64,000 bases of DNA from Octopus vulgaris (Eukaryota): the NCBI GenBank assembly GCA_951406725.2, contig OX597814.1, forward strand, positions 185,008,001 to 185,072,000, read 5' to 3'. Shown here one piece after another: positions 1 through 13,602 of the stretch. The notes beneath the pieces are model-generated. The model was given only the letters and a program-made list of their open reading frames with translations, did no database searches and was not told the origin of the DNA. Made by a program: the position numbers and the translations under genes. The number at the start of each line of letters is the position of its first letter. Position 1 is the stretch's first letter.

Positions 1-58
1 CTACCTAGTGGAAAAGAAGGTTGAGTGCATCAATAGAAGCCAATATATATATTGTTTC

Positions 59-257
59 ATTCTTTTACTTGTTTCAGTCATTTGACTGCGGCCATGCTGG
101 AGTCGAACCACCTTTAGTCGAACAAATCGACCCCAAGAATTATTCTTTGTGAGCGTAGTACGTGTTACATCGGTTTTTTTGCCGAAACGCTAAGTTAGAC
201 ACGCCACCATCGGATTCAAGTGATGGTGGGGGTCAAACACAGACACAGAAGCCCGTC

Positions 258-332
<75 letters not shown>

Positions 333-509
333 CATACATATGTATACGACGGGCTTCTTTCCGTTTCCGTCTGCCAAATCCACTCACAAGGCTTTGGTCG
401 GCCCGAGGCTATTTTAGAAGACACTTATCCAACGTGCCATGAAGTGGGACTGAACCCGGAACCATGTGGCTGGTAAGCCATCTACTTACCACACAGCCAT
501 TCCTGCGCC
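59..509 (-). mobile_element. SINE family A, full length (tRNA head, CORE-like segment, internal TA/TG microsatellite, tail ending GACTGAAACAAGTAAAAGA)
   Basis: Reverse strand shows box A-like TGGCTGTGTGG and box B-like GGTTCAGTCCC. Same sequence recurs more than 10 times in the window. May correspond to a described octopus tRNA-SINE (OK/OR1/OR2); not verified. Confidence 0.9.
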
Positions 510-541
510 CATATATATATATAAAGTGTATGTATGTGTAT

Positions 542-576
<35 letters not shown>

Positions 577-1023
577 AGTATGTATATATATATATATATA
601 TATATAATAAATCTGTAAAAGTTGTGGTGCAAATTATCTGAAACGGTGTACTGAATTTCAATGAATTGCATCGGCGAAGATTGATTTTAGCTATTTAAAA
701 AGGTACAAAACAATAAAATTCGTTTTTCTGTTTATTCTTTGAGTGTCAGAACTATGAACTGGTCGTTGACACAGCTGCACTGTCGCTCAGTGCATCTCTA
801 AAATATTAGTTTTATTGATCAAACTCGTAGCTATCATTTTGGGAATTAAAACACTCAATGTATGTTATACTGATACATACATACAAACGTACATACATAT
901 TTATATATGCATAGAAATGTACGAATAATTGTGTGCGTATATGTATATATATTTATATGCATGTATATATAAATAACAATAAGAACAACAACGACGACAA
1001 CGAGGTAGAGGAGGTGGAGGAGG

Positions 1024-1500
1024 AATGCCCTCGTGTAGTACCAAACTGGTTCTCATGGCGTTTGATCTTAACTTTTGGAAGTGTTATCATGTACATGTTT
1101 TGTTTTGGTGTAAAATATGGCATACAGCGAATATTTTGTTCAGTATCAGAATTTTGCTTGTTAGTTGCTTGACCTTCACCAGTTGAGCATGTCCCTTAGT
1201 GATTGACGAAATATACAACTCTGTTCGCAAGCAGAAAAAATGGATGTTTCGTTCATCATCCTTAAACAAACTGAATTTAGAGACCTGCTGAGAGGGATTG
1301 GCTACCCAAATCTGAAGAAAATTCTATGTGGGCCTCACCTTCAAACACGATGTTTATCTTGATACGAGATCACCATATCATATGGTGGTGATGCATGTGC
1401 TAAGTGTACGTTTATCGGACATGTAGACATGGTGAGTAGATCGGGCTTCGTATATTTGTACCGCAATGTCATTTTGATGACATGCGCTACTCTCTCACTC
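1024..1500 (+). mobile_element. Family C element, diverged with internal deletions, followed by (TAA)n
   Basis: Colinear with 22556-23103 and 61258-61816; starts AATGCCCT, ends CTCTCACTC-AATAATAAT. Confidence 0.8.
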
Positions 1501-1540
1501 AATAATAATAACAACATCAACAACAATAATAATAATAATA

Positions 1541-1698
1541 GGCGCAGGAGTGGCTGTGTGGTAAGTAGTTTGCTTACCAACCACATGGTTTCGGGTTCAG
1601 TCCCAATGCGTGGCATCTTGAGCAAGTGTCTTCTACTATAGCCTCGGGCCAACAAAGCTTTGTGAATGGATTTGGTAGACAGAAACTGAAAGAAGCCC
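1541..1698 (+). mobile_element. SINE family A, 5' half
   Basis: GGCGCAGGAGTGGCTGTGTGG...GAAAGAAGCCC matches family A head. Confidence 0.9.
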
Positions 1699-1930
1699 CT
1701 TACAATCGAGAGACGACTACCTTAACCACTAAGCCAAGCGCCTCCACACGAACTAAACAAATATAACATAAATTAATCTGCAAAGAAAGGAGCTAAAAGA
1801 GAATGTAAAAATTCATTATCCTTTTACCGCAAGTATTGAAAAAGTACCCTCAAAGTGATAACGTCAAAAATGCGACAAGACGTTCTTTCCAACCTTATAA
1901 ACAAAATGTGTGTGTTTATATTTGTGTGTT

Positions 1931-1971
<41 letters not shown>

Positions 1972-2055
1972 CTGTGTGTGTGTGTGTGTGTAGGCAAATA
2001 GAAAATAAAGATAAAAACATAGCAACAAAAGACAATAGAACGTACACTATGAATG

Positions 2056-2587
2056 TATCAGGTCATCCCATAAGTTCTGTCCGATTTTACCTTTTTTGAA
2101 ATTGAACGAATATGGTTTGCAAAATTCAGAAGTAGAGATTTCAGCCTTGAAGAGAAAGATCGAACAGGATGTCCAGTTGAGTTTGATGATAAGCTCATTG
2201 AGGAATTACTTGAAGAAAATCCTGCATTATCAGTTGAAGAATTGGCAATAAAGCTTAGTTCAAACCATACATCTGTTCATCGTTATCTTCAACAACTTGG
2301 AAAGGTACCTAAACTTGGAAAATGGGTGCCTCATGAATTGTCCGAAAGCAACCGCAAATCCTGAGTTAACATCTACTTTTCTCTCCATTCTCGCGAACTC
2401 ATTTCACCCTTTTTGGATAGACTTGTGACTGGTGATGGAAAATGGATCTTCTATCAAAATGTTAAACATCATAAACAGTGGCTTGGTAAAAGGGAAAAAG
2501 CTCAACCACAACCGAGATGGGAACTTCATGAAAAGAAGGTTCTTCTCTCTATCTGGTGGGATTGTAAAGGAGTAATTCACTTTGAAT
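2056..2587 (+). mobile_element. mariner (DD34D) transposon relic: 5' TIR-like end plus partial transposase pseudogene
   Basis: Translates WFAKFRSRDFSLEE...GKWVPHELS...*...FLDRLVTGDGKWIFY...KKVLLSIWWDCKGVIHFE. Has the WVPHEL motif, the first catalytic D (TGD) and an in-frame stop. TIR-like TATCAGGTCATCCCATAAGTTCTGTCCGATTTT at start. Confidence 0.92.
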
Positions 2588-3330
2588 CACACACACACAT
2601 ACATACACACACACTCACATACACACACACACATATGGATATACAAATGTTGGTATTTTATGTTTATTGGTCTATATATATACACCTAGGCGTAGGAATG
2701 TAAATCTAGGAATATATATGTATTTATACATGTTTCGTGTATTTGCGCATGCTTAATTTTGCGTGTATATTCGTATGTTTACAAACAAAATGATAGAAAT
2801 ACGAATACGTGTTCATATGTTTCTGGGATTATCTGCGTATTTGTTTCTGCGTATGCGAATATATTTTTTATTTACGAATATGTTAGCTTGGGTGAGTGTA
2901 TATATTTCCTATCCCGTTACTGGGCTTGCCTCTAAAGCCTAGTGACTTAGAATTTGACACCCGCTTTCAAAAAACAGAAAAAAAAGAGACAGAGAGAGAA
3001 TAGAGAGTCGATGTATTTACATCCCGTCTGTGAGTAGCTATACATATGAAAATTAACTTAGCCATTCTCCAAGCACATAATCTCAAGGAAGCACACGCAC
3101 ACACACACACACACACACACGCACAAACACATATCCCAAAACATAGTGGGGCATATAGACGCACATAGACAAACATAACACACGTACATTCGAATATACA
3201 TATATATATATGTATGTGTGTGTGCGTGTGTGTGTGTCTGATTATGTATATACAAATATATATAAGCCTATATATACACATACATACATACATGCATACA
3301 CACAGAACTATACACACACACACACACACA

Positions 3331-3400
<70 letters not shown>

Positions 3401-3534
3401 GTCATACGACTATGCATGCAAATAAGTAAGTAGTGTGAAAATCCAGCTCAAAGCTTTTATGAAAACGTAAAAAGTATTCTAGCATTCTCCATATCTTTTT
3501 GTCACTGCCAAAACGTATTTCGGATGTAGCAAAC

Positions 3535-3690
3535 ATGTATGCGTGTATGTATGCATGCATGCATGCATGCAAGTATGTATGTATGTATGTATGTATGTAT
3601 GTATGTATGTATGTATGCATGTATGTATGTATGTATGTATGTATGTATGTATGTATGTATGTATGTATGTATGTATGTATGCATGTATTT
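3535..3690. repeat. (TATG)n microsatellite
   Basis: Direct tandem repeat. Confidence 0.95.
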
Positions 3691-4006
3691 ATGGTCTGTT
3701 CATTTTGTTTGTTTTTTTTTATTCATTGTAATATGCTTATCAGAAGGAGTAGGTTTCTAACTAAGAAACCAGCCCATGTCTTGTCGTCTGGAATTAAGAT
3801 AACAATAGCAGTTATATATATTGAACGTTAGACAAGTCTTGCTTTTGCTTTTACAGATTGAATTTACAGAACACATGAAGATGGTATTATATTTTGCATG
3901 ACTATTCCAGCTTTTCGTTATTATTACTCAGATGCTGACTATCACACACAAATACAACGATTTCCGGTACAAATGTAAATGTATAATACGGTTTTCGAAA
4001 AGCAGT

Positions 4007-4421
4007 TACTCTTTTTACTCTTTTACTTGTTTCAGTCATTTGACTGCGGCCATGCTGGAGCACCGCCTTTTAGTCGAGCAAATCGACTCCAGGACTTATT
4101 CTTTGGAATCCTAGTACTTATTCTATCGGTCTCTTTTGCCGAACCGCTACTTTACGGGAACGTAAACATACCAACATCGGTTGTCAAGCGATGTTGGGGG
4201 GACAAACACAGACACACAAACGTATACACACACACATACATATATATATACATATACATATATACGACGTGCTTCTTTCAGTTTCCGTCTACCAAATCCA
4301 CTCACAAGGCTTTGGTCGGCCTGAGGCTATAGTAGAAGACTCTTGCCCAAGGTGCCACTCAGTGGGACTGAACCCAGAACCATCTGGTCCGTAAGCAAGC
4401 TACTTACCACACAGCCACTCC
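4007..4421 (-). mobile_element. SINE family A, near full length
   Basis: Colinear with other A copies. Confidence 0.9.
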
Positions 4422-5580
4422 TAGGCCTTGTCCATATATGTTTTGTTGTTTTGTTCTCTTGGACTAATTGTGAATGAAAGTTTCACATTTGTTTGGCAGC
4501 TAACCTTTAAAAAATCATGCATAACATTTTTCTTTCTTTTACTTCTGTACCGAAGCAGAACCCTTGATTAATGTATTCGAAAAATATCGTTTTTATCGGT
4601 AGGTATATAACTTTAGAAGCATTACTTTGGTCCTTTCTATGGATGACAATAAATACTGGGATATGAGATATGTGATGAAGGGGGTTTTGGCATAGAATAA
4701 TCAAAATAACACTTTGAGTGTTGATGACTTCAGTTGCTGTAAGCAATGAAGCGTATAACGCTACGTAGAAAGTCGAGAGAAATTTCTTAAGCTGTCTGTT
4801 TCTTGGTGTACATTGACTTAAGAAGAAAGATGCTGGCTCACAGGCTAACACCTCTTTCATCTATAACCATTCTCTGTTAAAAAGCGAGAACTAGAAATAT
4901 TTTTTTCCGTTTCCACAGTAATTAATTGAAACGATATTCAACCAATTCAATCATTTAGTACTATATTACGGAGAGTATTATATAAATACCTCGATGAGAT
5001 TTGGAGGTAGCCATTGCTTTTACATTTAATGGCTTCTGCACATTTGTGATATTATCCATATATCCAAATCACGCTTGCTGAACCACTTCACAGTTTCATT
5101 TGTTCAAATGTTTGCTTGCATCAGTATTCTTTTAGATTCCAAATGCATTCATTTAAAACTGCAGCGTTTAATTCTTCCTCGTGTTTGTGAAATCTCGTAT
5201 CTCTGCCGCAAGGCTTCATTTCCACACACGCCAGCTTAATTCAATTCGACCTTAGTTGAAAGACCCCTCTTTTAATGTCCTGTTATTATTTTTATTGTAT
5301 TTGTATTTGCGTAACATTGTCCGTTTTCTCCGTCCTTGTTTCTGTATACATTCGGTGCTTTCTTCCAAGGACTCTAATGCTCTTTGCTTAGCTTTTCCTT
5401 GGGGCTGGCCAGTTTGGAGCAATCTCAAGTAAAATCAGCCGAAATTGCGAGGATAATCTGGTGCTTGACTGAGGAAAGAAAACTTCGAATGACCCATCCA
5501 TGTTGTCTTTGTATCGTTTTATTGTCCCATTTTTTGTATCACCTAGCTGTCCGGACGTTTTGCGTTCTTGTCCCATTTTG

Positions 5581-5634
<54 letters not shown>

Positions 5635-5635
5635 C

Positions 5636-5812
5636 ACCTTCGAAACGTAGAGTAGATGAAACCATGGCGACTGAAGAAGGGTTTTTTCCTTGTGTTATTT
5701 GTCCTGTACTCTATTTTTTTGTTGTTTAAGAAAAATGTCCAGTTCCTTGGGTTTGTGTCTATGTTTTCGTTTCTCATTGTGTTCGACGTTTTTTTGGTGT
5801 CCTGTACTCATA
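5636..5812 (+). mobile_element. Probable PLE terminal-repeat fragment between TA tracts, starting with a hammerhead 3' half
   Basis: Begins CCTTC-GAAACGTA-GAGT directly after (TA)n; T-rich body like other HHR-bearing fragments here. Confidence 0.4.
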
Positions 5813-5850
5813 TATGCGTGTATATATACATGTAGAGGTAGATACGTACA

Positions 5851-5890
<40 letters not shown>

Positions 5891-6777
5891 TATGTTTTAT
5901 TTATTAATATATATATATACCATTTGTTGTAAGCAGAATGTTTTTCCTCGATTTAAGGAGGGTTCGTCCAACAGACCCTAGATCATATGAAAGTTGGAGA
6001 CTTCACTCTCAGTATCTTGAGAAACTTCAGGTGTTCATTATTAATTGATAATAAATTCAAATGCAAACATACTCACATAGGTACATATAGATATATAGAT
6101 ATATTGATGCATACATATAAATACGCACATACATACATTTGATATACATATGCCCACACTCATGAATATACGTGTATGCATGCATATATATGTATTTGTT
6201 CATCTAAACATTTTTCATGTACATGATGTATATTTTTATATACACCTTCTTACGTCGACATTTGGTCTAAATATGTACACATTAGACACTTTAACCATAT
6301 GAATGCCTTTTTATGTCAGTACCATAAAAAGACACCCACATATTCATATACAAGCACATACTTGAATATACAGTAAAATAGTTATGCACACACCTACCCT
6401 CGGTCTCACGGACACACACCCACACATTCACTGATGCAAAAACATACACACATTCAAAGTAAGAAACGTTAAAATATTGTTATAATAATCACCAGAAAGC
6501 TCTATCTTGTCGTCCCTGAAGCCGTAATGAAAGACGTAATACTCGATGAAAAGCTTAGACATTTTTTTTTTATATTATTAATAGCTGCTGCATTTAAATA
6601 CCTATCTTTTTGTAGTTTCCTTTTAAATTTCAGATGAGCAATACCGATCAATTAAATAAACGAAATTTCTAAATTTTTATGAGAGAATGAAAGCTGGGTG
6701 AAATAAAAAAAAATGGAAATTTAATAATTCCCCGCTGATTTATATAACACTTTAACGCGAAGCTTAAAATATATTAT

Positions 6778-7150
<373 letters not shown>

Positions 7151-7980
7151 CATTGCAGTATATATAGTTTATTGCAAATTTTAATAGAGTTTCTGTCAAG
7201 AAAAAAATAAAAATTTGAAATAGATTCCTTATCGTTTTACCTCAAAGATGTTCGTGATTATCTTTCCTTCTTTTTTTTCCTTTATTTATTTATTTTATTT
7301 ATTCACTTATTTATTTATTTTTTTTATCATAAACAAAAATTTGAGAAAGAAAAGATAATGCAGCAGTGGATAGTATAAATTCTATAGAAACTAATAGTTT
7401 TGTATTGGCACTTCAGTCTTTTAAAATTTCCCTGAAACAGAAGATTATATATATATATATTTTTTTTTTTTTAACGCTTCCAGCATAATGCTGTGATCCG
7501 ACAACAAAAGATTTGAAGATTTTCACGAAAATAAATCTTTTATGAAACCACAACTTAGAAGGATTCTTATCATAATTATGCATAACTGAATTGTTCTTTT
7601 CATTTATTTGACTTCTTCAAATAAATGCAGAAGAGCTCATAAGAGGAGATAAATGAAAAAGAGTTGATACACAATGAAAGAATTATTAATAGTGAAATAT
7701 GGCTTTTTTTTTCTCTTTGTCTAACATAAAATCATAAAAGAAAGGAAATTTCAATGATATCAAAGTTAATCAAGTGATTAAGTTTTTATTTATTTATATT
7801 GCTAATATTTCTTGTCTGAAAATTTAACCTGAGGTTGAATGTAGATCGGAAATTATTTATAGGCATTTTAGTAACCTAATATCGATTTCTGTCTGTTGAT
7901 TAAACACAAGTTCGGTTTTTGAAGAGATGGAATATAGTTGATTAAATTGAACCAATAACTTATTTTAATGATTTAGAGCG

Positions 7981-8185
7981 GTTGTTGTTTAACCCCAGGT
8001 CATCTCCGCTAGAGCAGACATAGGCAAAAGCTCTCTACTTGTGACCATTCCCTCTTTTACTCAGTATTAGTGTATCTAGGATTACATTATCGTATGCAAT
8101 CTCGTATTCAAGACTGTTGAATATAACTTGAGTAAGATTTGGTTTCTGTTTCTCGTTAACCGAGCGACCCTGTAGTAGTCCTGTT
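7981..8185 (-). mobile_element. Old interspersed repeat with (CAA)-type tail (family G); related fragments near 34120-34200 and 39470-39662
   Basis: GTTGTTGTTTAACCCCAGGTCA...GAGCAGAC resembles the reverse complement of GCTCAATCAGG..TACCTGGGAGTCAAACTACAACAAC (39620-39660) and TGCTCTATCAAGGCTGGCCTGGTGTTAGACAACAAC (34157-34192). Confidence 0.45.
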
Positions 8186-8235
8186 CAATGAATGGCACAT
8201 CTTTGTTATAGATTAAATATTCTTTCTACTGCAAT

Positions 8236-8546
8236 GTGTTTGTTGTTTGTTCCTTCTCGAGCCATGCCTGGTTCATAAGGGCCGATTTCCTGGTTTCTTG
8301 GCGTATAGGTTCCCCACCTGGACGGGACGCCGGTCCGTCACAGGTGAGCTGCAAGATGCAGGAGGAAAGAGTGAGAGAAAGTTGTGGTGAAAGGATCAGC
8401 AGAAGTTTCGCCATTACCTTCTGTCAGAGTTGCGTGGAGCTTAGCTGTTTCGCTCATAAACACATACATCGTCCGGTCTGAGATTCGAACCCGCGATCCC
8501 TCAACCGCGAGTCCGTTGCTCTAACCACTAGGCCATGTGCCTCCAC
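8236..8546 (-). mobile_element. SINE family E, full length, tRNA-derived head
   Basis: Reverse strand GTGGAGGCACATGGCCTAGTGGTTAGAGC (box A) ... GCGGGTTCGAATCTC (box B); flanking TGCAATGT repeats as probable TSD. Confidence 0.85.
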
Positions 8547-8561
8547 TATTGCAATGTACGA

Positions 8562-8640
8562 GGCCTGAAATTTCAGGGGAGGGAGCTAGTCGATTATATC
8601 GACTCCATTGCTGAACTAGTATTTATTTGATTGACCTCGA

Positions 8641-8704
<64 letters not shown>

Positions 8705-8777
8705 AATGCAGGGTTGAACTCAGAACGTAAAACCTGAAGAAATACCGGTAAGTATTTTGTGCAACGTGCTAACGATT
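8562..8777 (-). mobile_element. SINE family B, diverged, interrupted by (GAAA)n
   Basis: GTCGATTATATCGACTCCA...GAACTCAGAACGTAA...CGTGCTAACGAT matches family B. Confidence 0.75.
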
Positions 8778-8811
8778 TGTTAATGATTTGATATTAGAAT
8801 AGTTAAAATTT

Positions 8812-9500
8812 ATATTAGGCTGTTCGAAAAATAATGGCCGATTTAAAAAAAATAAACCTGTATTCTTGAAACACTGAATTTATACAATGGTTTGATTATT
8901 CAAAAGTTGATCCCTGAAAAGCTGTACATTTCTCCCATCGATAAAATTCAAGGGTTTTGATGCCAAAAAATCCTTCAATCCAGTTTCAAACTTGGTTTTG
9001 GAACGGAAGGTATTTTTTGTCTTAAAAACGTGTCTAGATGCTTGAAAAAGTGGTAGTCGGTGGGTGAAATATAAGGAAAATATGGAGGCTGTGATAAAGT
9101 CTCCTATTCTAAGTCTTTGAGCTTCTGCAGTGTCATCCTGGAACCTGCGATCGAGAGTTTTCGTGGAGCAGAATTGGAGCCCGTCGATTAATAAGTGCAG
9201 GTCTTATTTCTGTAGGGAATTGGTAATCTTAAGTTTCTGATTTCTTTACGATTACCAAAGAAACATCAGCTGCTCAGGATTCATTTATGACTTCTTTAAT
9301 GGAGGCACCACAGCATGACCATAACGCATAAGATGAAACTATCAGAAGGAAATAATAGTCCTTTCTTTAGATATGGCTCTTCAGAATTCGCTAACTCTGT
9401 TCCATCCATAGAACGCCAATCAGTATACCTACATTTTGATCTTCTTTTATCTCTTATATATATCACTGTTCGCAAACACTGTACCACTGTTCACACTTAC
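8812..9500 (-). mobile_element. mariner relic: 3' TIR and C-terminal transposase pseudogene
   Basis: Reverse strand gives PALINRRAPILLHENSR...LQKLKDLE*ETLSQPPYFPYISPTDYHFFKHLDTFL...RWEKC (YSPDL-type motif region). TIR-like TATTAGGCTGTTCGAAAAATAATGGCCGATTT at 8813. Confidence 0.85.
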
Positions 9501-10686
9501 TTTTTCCATTCATGTTTCCTCAGAACAGCACTCGTAGAAAATTAACTAAAGGCCATCATTATCTTTCCGCTCCCTAGCCTGTTATTGCTGAAACCAAAAA
9601 TTCAAAACGCTAACTACACAATTATTTTTCTCTCTAATATAGGTAAGGCCTTCAAAACTGTAGAATATATTGCTTCTCATTGTTCTAATGAACGAAAATC
9701 AAATCTACTGGAATGGAAGAATTTTATAAATCTTTTCCAATGTGAAAATGTCTCCTAGAACTATAGTTAGCTTCTACTAAAGTTAAGATAATAGAAGATA
9801 TGTTTCTCCTAGTTAAAACTATAAGCTATTACAGTTTAAATTGACAGATGGGCAAGTAGTTAGTTATTTTAAAATATTGTGGACAGCAGAAAGAAGTGCG
9901 AAAAACAAGCAAATAACACAATACAACGGGCAGGTTTTGAGATATATCTCATTAGTCAAGATGTATGAAATTGGGGTTATTTACGAGAATAGGCCATGAT
10001 GAGAAGAAAACTCTAATAGTTCGTGCCGGACACTGCATTAGTGAACAGATAAGTGATTTTTATGCAACGTAAAACCGCAGAATGTCACGTAATTCTTTTC
10101 TCTCATTAAGAACACTGCTCAAAATAATAGATTTTCCTTTCCTCTCATGATTCGACTACACACCAACAGATATATATCCCATACGTATTTATTTCTGAAC
10201 TAAGTCCTACCACCACTAGCAATCGCTAATAAACTATTGATCACCCACAATTTGTGAAAAATCTGTTTATGTATCTAACCAGATAGGTCTGACCTATAAT
10301 CTAAACCTCTAATATCCATTCAGAAAGTGCCACTGTCACATGAAATTGCCTTTATATACAAAGAAACGTGAAAGAAACTAAAAATAACTGATACAACCAA
10401 CATAACTAAGTACTAAAAACTTGATCACTAATGATTAGTACATCTCCAGCGCTGTAAGGCAGTTCTTATTGGAATATTTCTGGATGTTAAGTATAAGGCA
10501 ACATTCTTAGTGTAGCGATACAAAACGAATGTTGAATCAATTGAATGTGAACTTGTTATAAGAGGGAAAATCTTTAACGCTGATGTCAGTGACAGAGATG
10601 CTAGTGACGGGAATCTTATCTTCTCAAAATCGCTCTAAGATCTAGTTGATAGGCGCTAGACTATATTTCACTGAAGATATCTATGA

Positions 10687-10898
10687 CCTATTTCTTTACT
10701 ACACACAAAAAGGACAAACAAGGGCAGAAAAACGGATTAAGTCGATTATATCGATCCCAGTGCGTAACTGGTACTTATTTAATCGACCCTCGAAAGGACG
10801 AAAGGCAAAGTCGACCTCGGCGGAATTTGAACTCAGAACGTAAAAACAGACGAAATACCACAAAGCATTTTGCCCGGCGTGCTAACATTTCTGCCAGC
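10687..10898 (-). mobile_element. SINE family B
   Basis: Family B body; its GTCGACTTTGCCTTTCATCCTTTCGGGGTCGATAAA..AGTACCAG consensus resembles the Meta-SINE central domain (recalled, not aligned). Confidence 0.9.
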
Positions 10899-11651
10899 AA
10901 GACTAAAGCTACCCGGAGCTGCCAGCGCGCCTACCAAAAATCAAACTGGTTATTTAATTTTTAATGGAATTAAATTTTGAAGTTGTTTCCCATTTCTTGA
11001 TAAGAATTGTCATTATCACTAATTATTTCCTTCTCATCATAAGAGTACGTTCGGTTGATTAGACATATTTATTTTTTTGTGGGGAGGGTAAAATCACTAA
11101 AGTATGTTAACCCGCACTTAACTTAATGCAGAAGGCAACCCTGGCGAATTTTGCAATATGAACACCATTAACATGGATACAAGAGAGCTGCCGGTGTCTA
11201 AATTGATAAAGAAACAAACCACTAGAGTAGTGCAGACAATTCATATTTTATCAAAGCGCTACTCTGCATTCTCTGCCAACACACTTGACTTTCAATCCTT
11301 CGGTTTACACGATAAATTTAAGTACAACGGATAGCTATAGTTCTCTGATGAAATCAATAACAACCTTTGATATTTTGAACCAACAAACTCCAATCATGTC
11401 CAAGAGATACATTAGCCTCCTCTCACGCCTCTCGCTTGATGATTCTTATCAACCAGATTCTGCTTTTACAACTTTTCCTATCATTCTATACTTAGGAGTT
11501 ATTTCTCTTCTCACGCATTTCTGTATATTTTGACCAACAAATTTTTGAATTGAACATAGACATGATCGATGTCCCTCTATATAAGAGCCTGTATATAACC
11601 TGGATTCTTCCTAACACATTTTTTTATTGAATAATCAAAAAACAAACAATT

Positions 11652-12045
11652 TGGTGTAACTATTGGGTAAAAATCTTGCTTCCCAACCACATGGTTCCGG
11701 GTTCAGTCCCACTGCGTGGCACCTTTAGCAAATGTCTTCTACTATAGCCTCAAGCCGACCAAAGCCTTGTGAGTGGATTTGGTGGATGGAAACTGAAAGA
11801 ACACCGTTGTATATATGTATATTTTTATATGTGTGTCTTTGTATCAATGTTTGTCCTTCCCACCATGCTTGACAACCGATGTTGGTGTATTTTCGTCCCC
11901 TTAATTTAGCGGTTCGGCAAAAGAAACTGATAGAATAAATACTAGGCTTGTAAAGAATAAGTCTTGGAGTCGATTTCTTCGACTCAAAAAACACCCCTTA
12001 AGGTGGTGCTCCAGCATGGCCGCAGTCGAATGACTAAAACAAGTA
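11652..12045 (+). mobile_element. SINE family A, older copy
   Basis: Colinear with family A, diverged head. Confidence 0.85.
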
Positions 12046-12705
12046 TCGGAATAAACGTTCCACCGGCTGAAATTCATGAGATCAAATCATATGAATTCTC
12101 AGGTATTAGAGAATTTCTTTTGTTGGTAGGGGAATGAAGACTGTCCATTGGTCCAACTCCACAGACACTAGAGAAACGTATATTAAATGAAGATAATTTG
12201 CCTAAAATATTTGATGAGTTAACGATAACGAAACATTAGAAAAAGGTGTTTTACAACAGATGTTTGTGAGTTCGACACTAATCTTGTAAAATAAGATTAT
12301 ATAAAAGTATGACACGCAATGATCGCGCCATCCTTTTCTCCGCCCATTATTAGTTGGGGATTCATGGAGGTAGAGTCTTCAGCACTTCTATTGGTTTCTT
12401 TCAGAAGCAGCTGTCATTATAATTTTCCGAGTGGATTTTCAAGCGTGTTTCAATGAGACATTAGATATCATTCAAAGATCTCGTTCTTGGTTTAATCTTT
12501 AGTCTACTGCCGTTAGCCAGGCTCGAAAGATCCGTCTTTTCCGACTTACATATTAACCGTCTTTTCCGACGACATATTAATCCCATGTTCGCAGTACTGG
12601 AGCTGTGAGTCTTGATACAGAGACTTCCTAATCACCAAGCTAGGCATTCTGACGAGATCCTTCGGAGGTACCCCAATTTGGCTGCTTGTATATCTCTTTT
12701 CTCTT

Positions 12706-12886
12706 TCTTTTACTTGTTTCAGTCATTTGACTGCGGCCATGCTGGAGCACCGCCTTTAGTCGAGCAAATCGACCCCGGGACTTATTCTTTGTAAGCCCAG
12801 TACTTATTCTATCAGTCTCTTTTGCCGAATCGCTAAGTGACGGGGACGTAAACACACCAGCATCGGTTGTCAAGCAATGCTAGGGG
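12706..12886 (-). mobile_element. SINE family A, 3' half only (5'-truncated)
   Basis: Tail segment TACTTGTTTCAGTCATTTGACTGCGGCC...GTTGTCAAGC. Confidence 0.9.
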
Positions 12887-13014
12887 GCGAAGGAGAATGA
12901 GGAGGAGGGAAGGAGGAGACGGAGAAGCACATTGTAAATGACATGCAGTGTGATGATGATGATGGTGGTGGTGGTGGGGATAAGGATGATGATGATGATG
13001 ATGATGATAACAAT

Positions 13015-13162
13015 TTTACATTATTTACATTATTTGCATTTGACGGATATTTGTCCTCATCTTGTTTGTTGTTAACACAACGTTCCGGCTGATATACCCG
13101 CCAGCCTTCATCAGGTGTATTGGGGAAATTTTGAACCTAGGTTCTCATTCCTAGGTTCGATG

Positions 13163-13236
<74 letters not shown>

Positions 13237-13317
13237 GTTATTATTCAGGTCACTGCCTGGAATCGAACTCGGAATGTTGGGCTTAGTAACCCACGCTCTT
13301 AATCACTATGCCATATG
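13015..13317 (-). mobile_element. tRNA-headed, hammerhead-bearing element (family H), left arm of palindrome
   Basis: Reverse strand: tRNA-like head (box A-like TGGCATAGTGA, box B GAGTTCGATTCC), (TAA)n, body with HHR motif, tail (GTAAATAAT)n. Confidence 0.75.
13075..13118 (-). ncRNA. Minimal type I hammerhead ribozyme motif (PLE type), GAAA mutated to GGAA
   Basis: ACAC-CTGATGAA-GGCTG(GCGGGTATAT)CAGCC-GGAACGTT-GTGT: stem I ACAC/GTGT, stem II GGCTG/CAGCC, palindromic AACGTT stem III. Confidence 0.75.
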
Positions 13318-13385
13318 CATATGCTGTAGTGGTTAAGAGCGCGGGCTACTAACCCCAAGATTCCAAGTTCGATTCCAGGCAGTGA

Positions 13386-13463
<78 letters not shown>

Positions 13464-13520
13464 CATCGAAAATACCTTAGGAATGAGAACCTAGGTTAAA
13501 AATTTCCCCAATACACCTGA

Positions 13521-13602
<82 letters not shown>

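Noticed and set aside
2413-2703. SETMAR-like host gene
   Set aside because: Truncated mariner with in-frame stop and no SET domain.
13318-13390. tRNA-Ser(ACT)-like gene
   Set aside because: No proper acceptor stem, and it is fused to TAA and a repeat body; treated as a SINE head.
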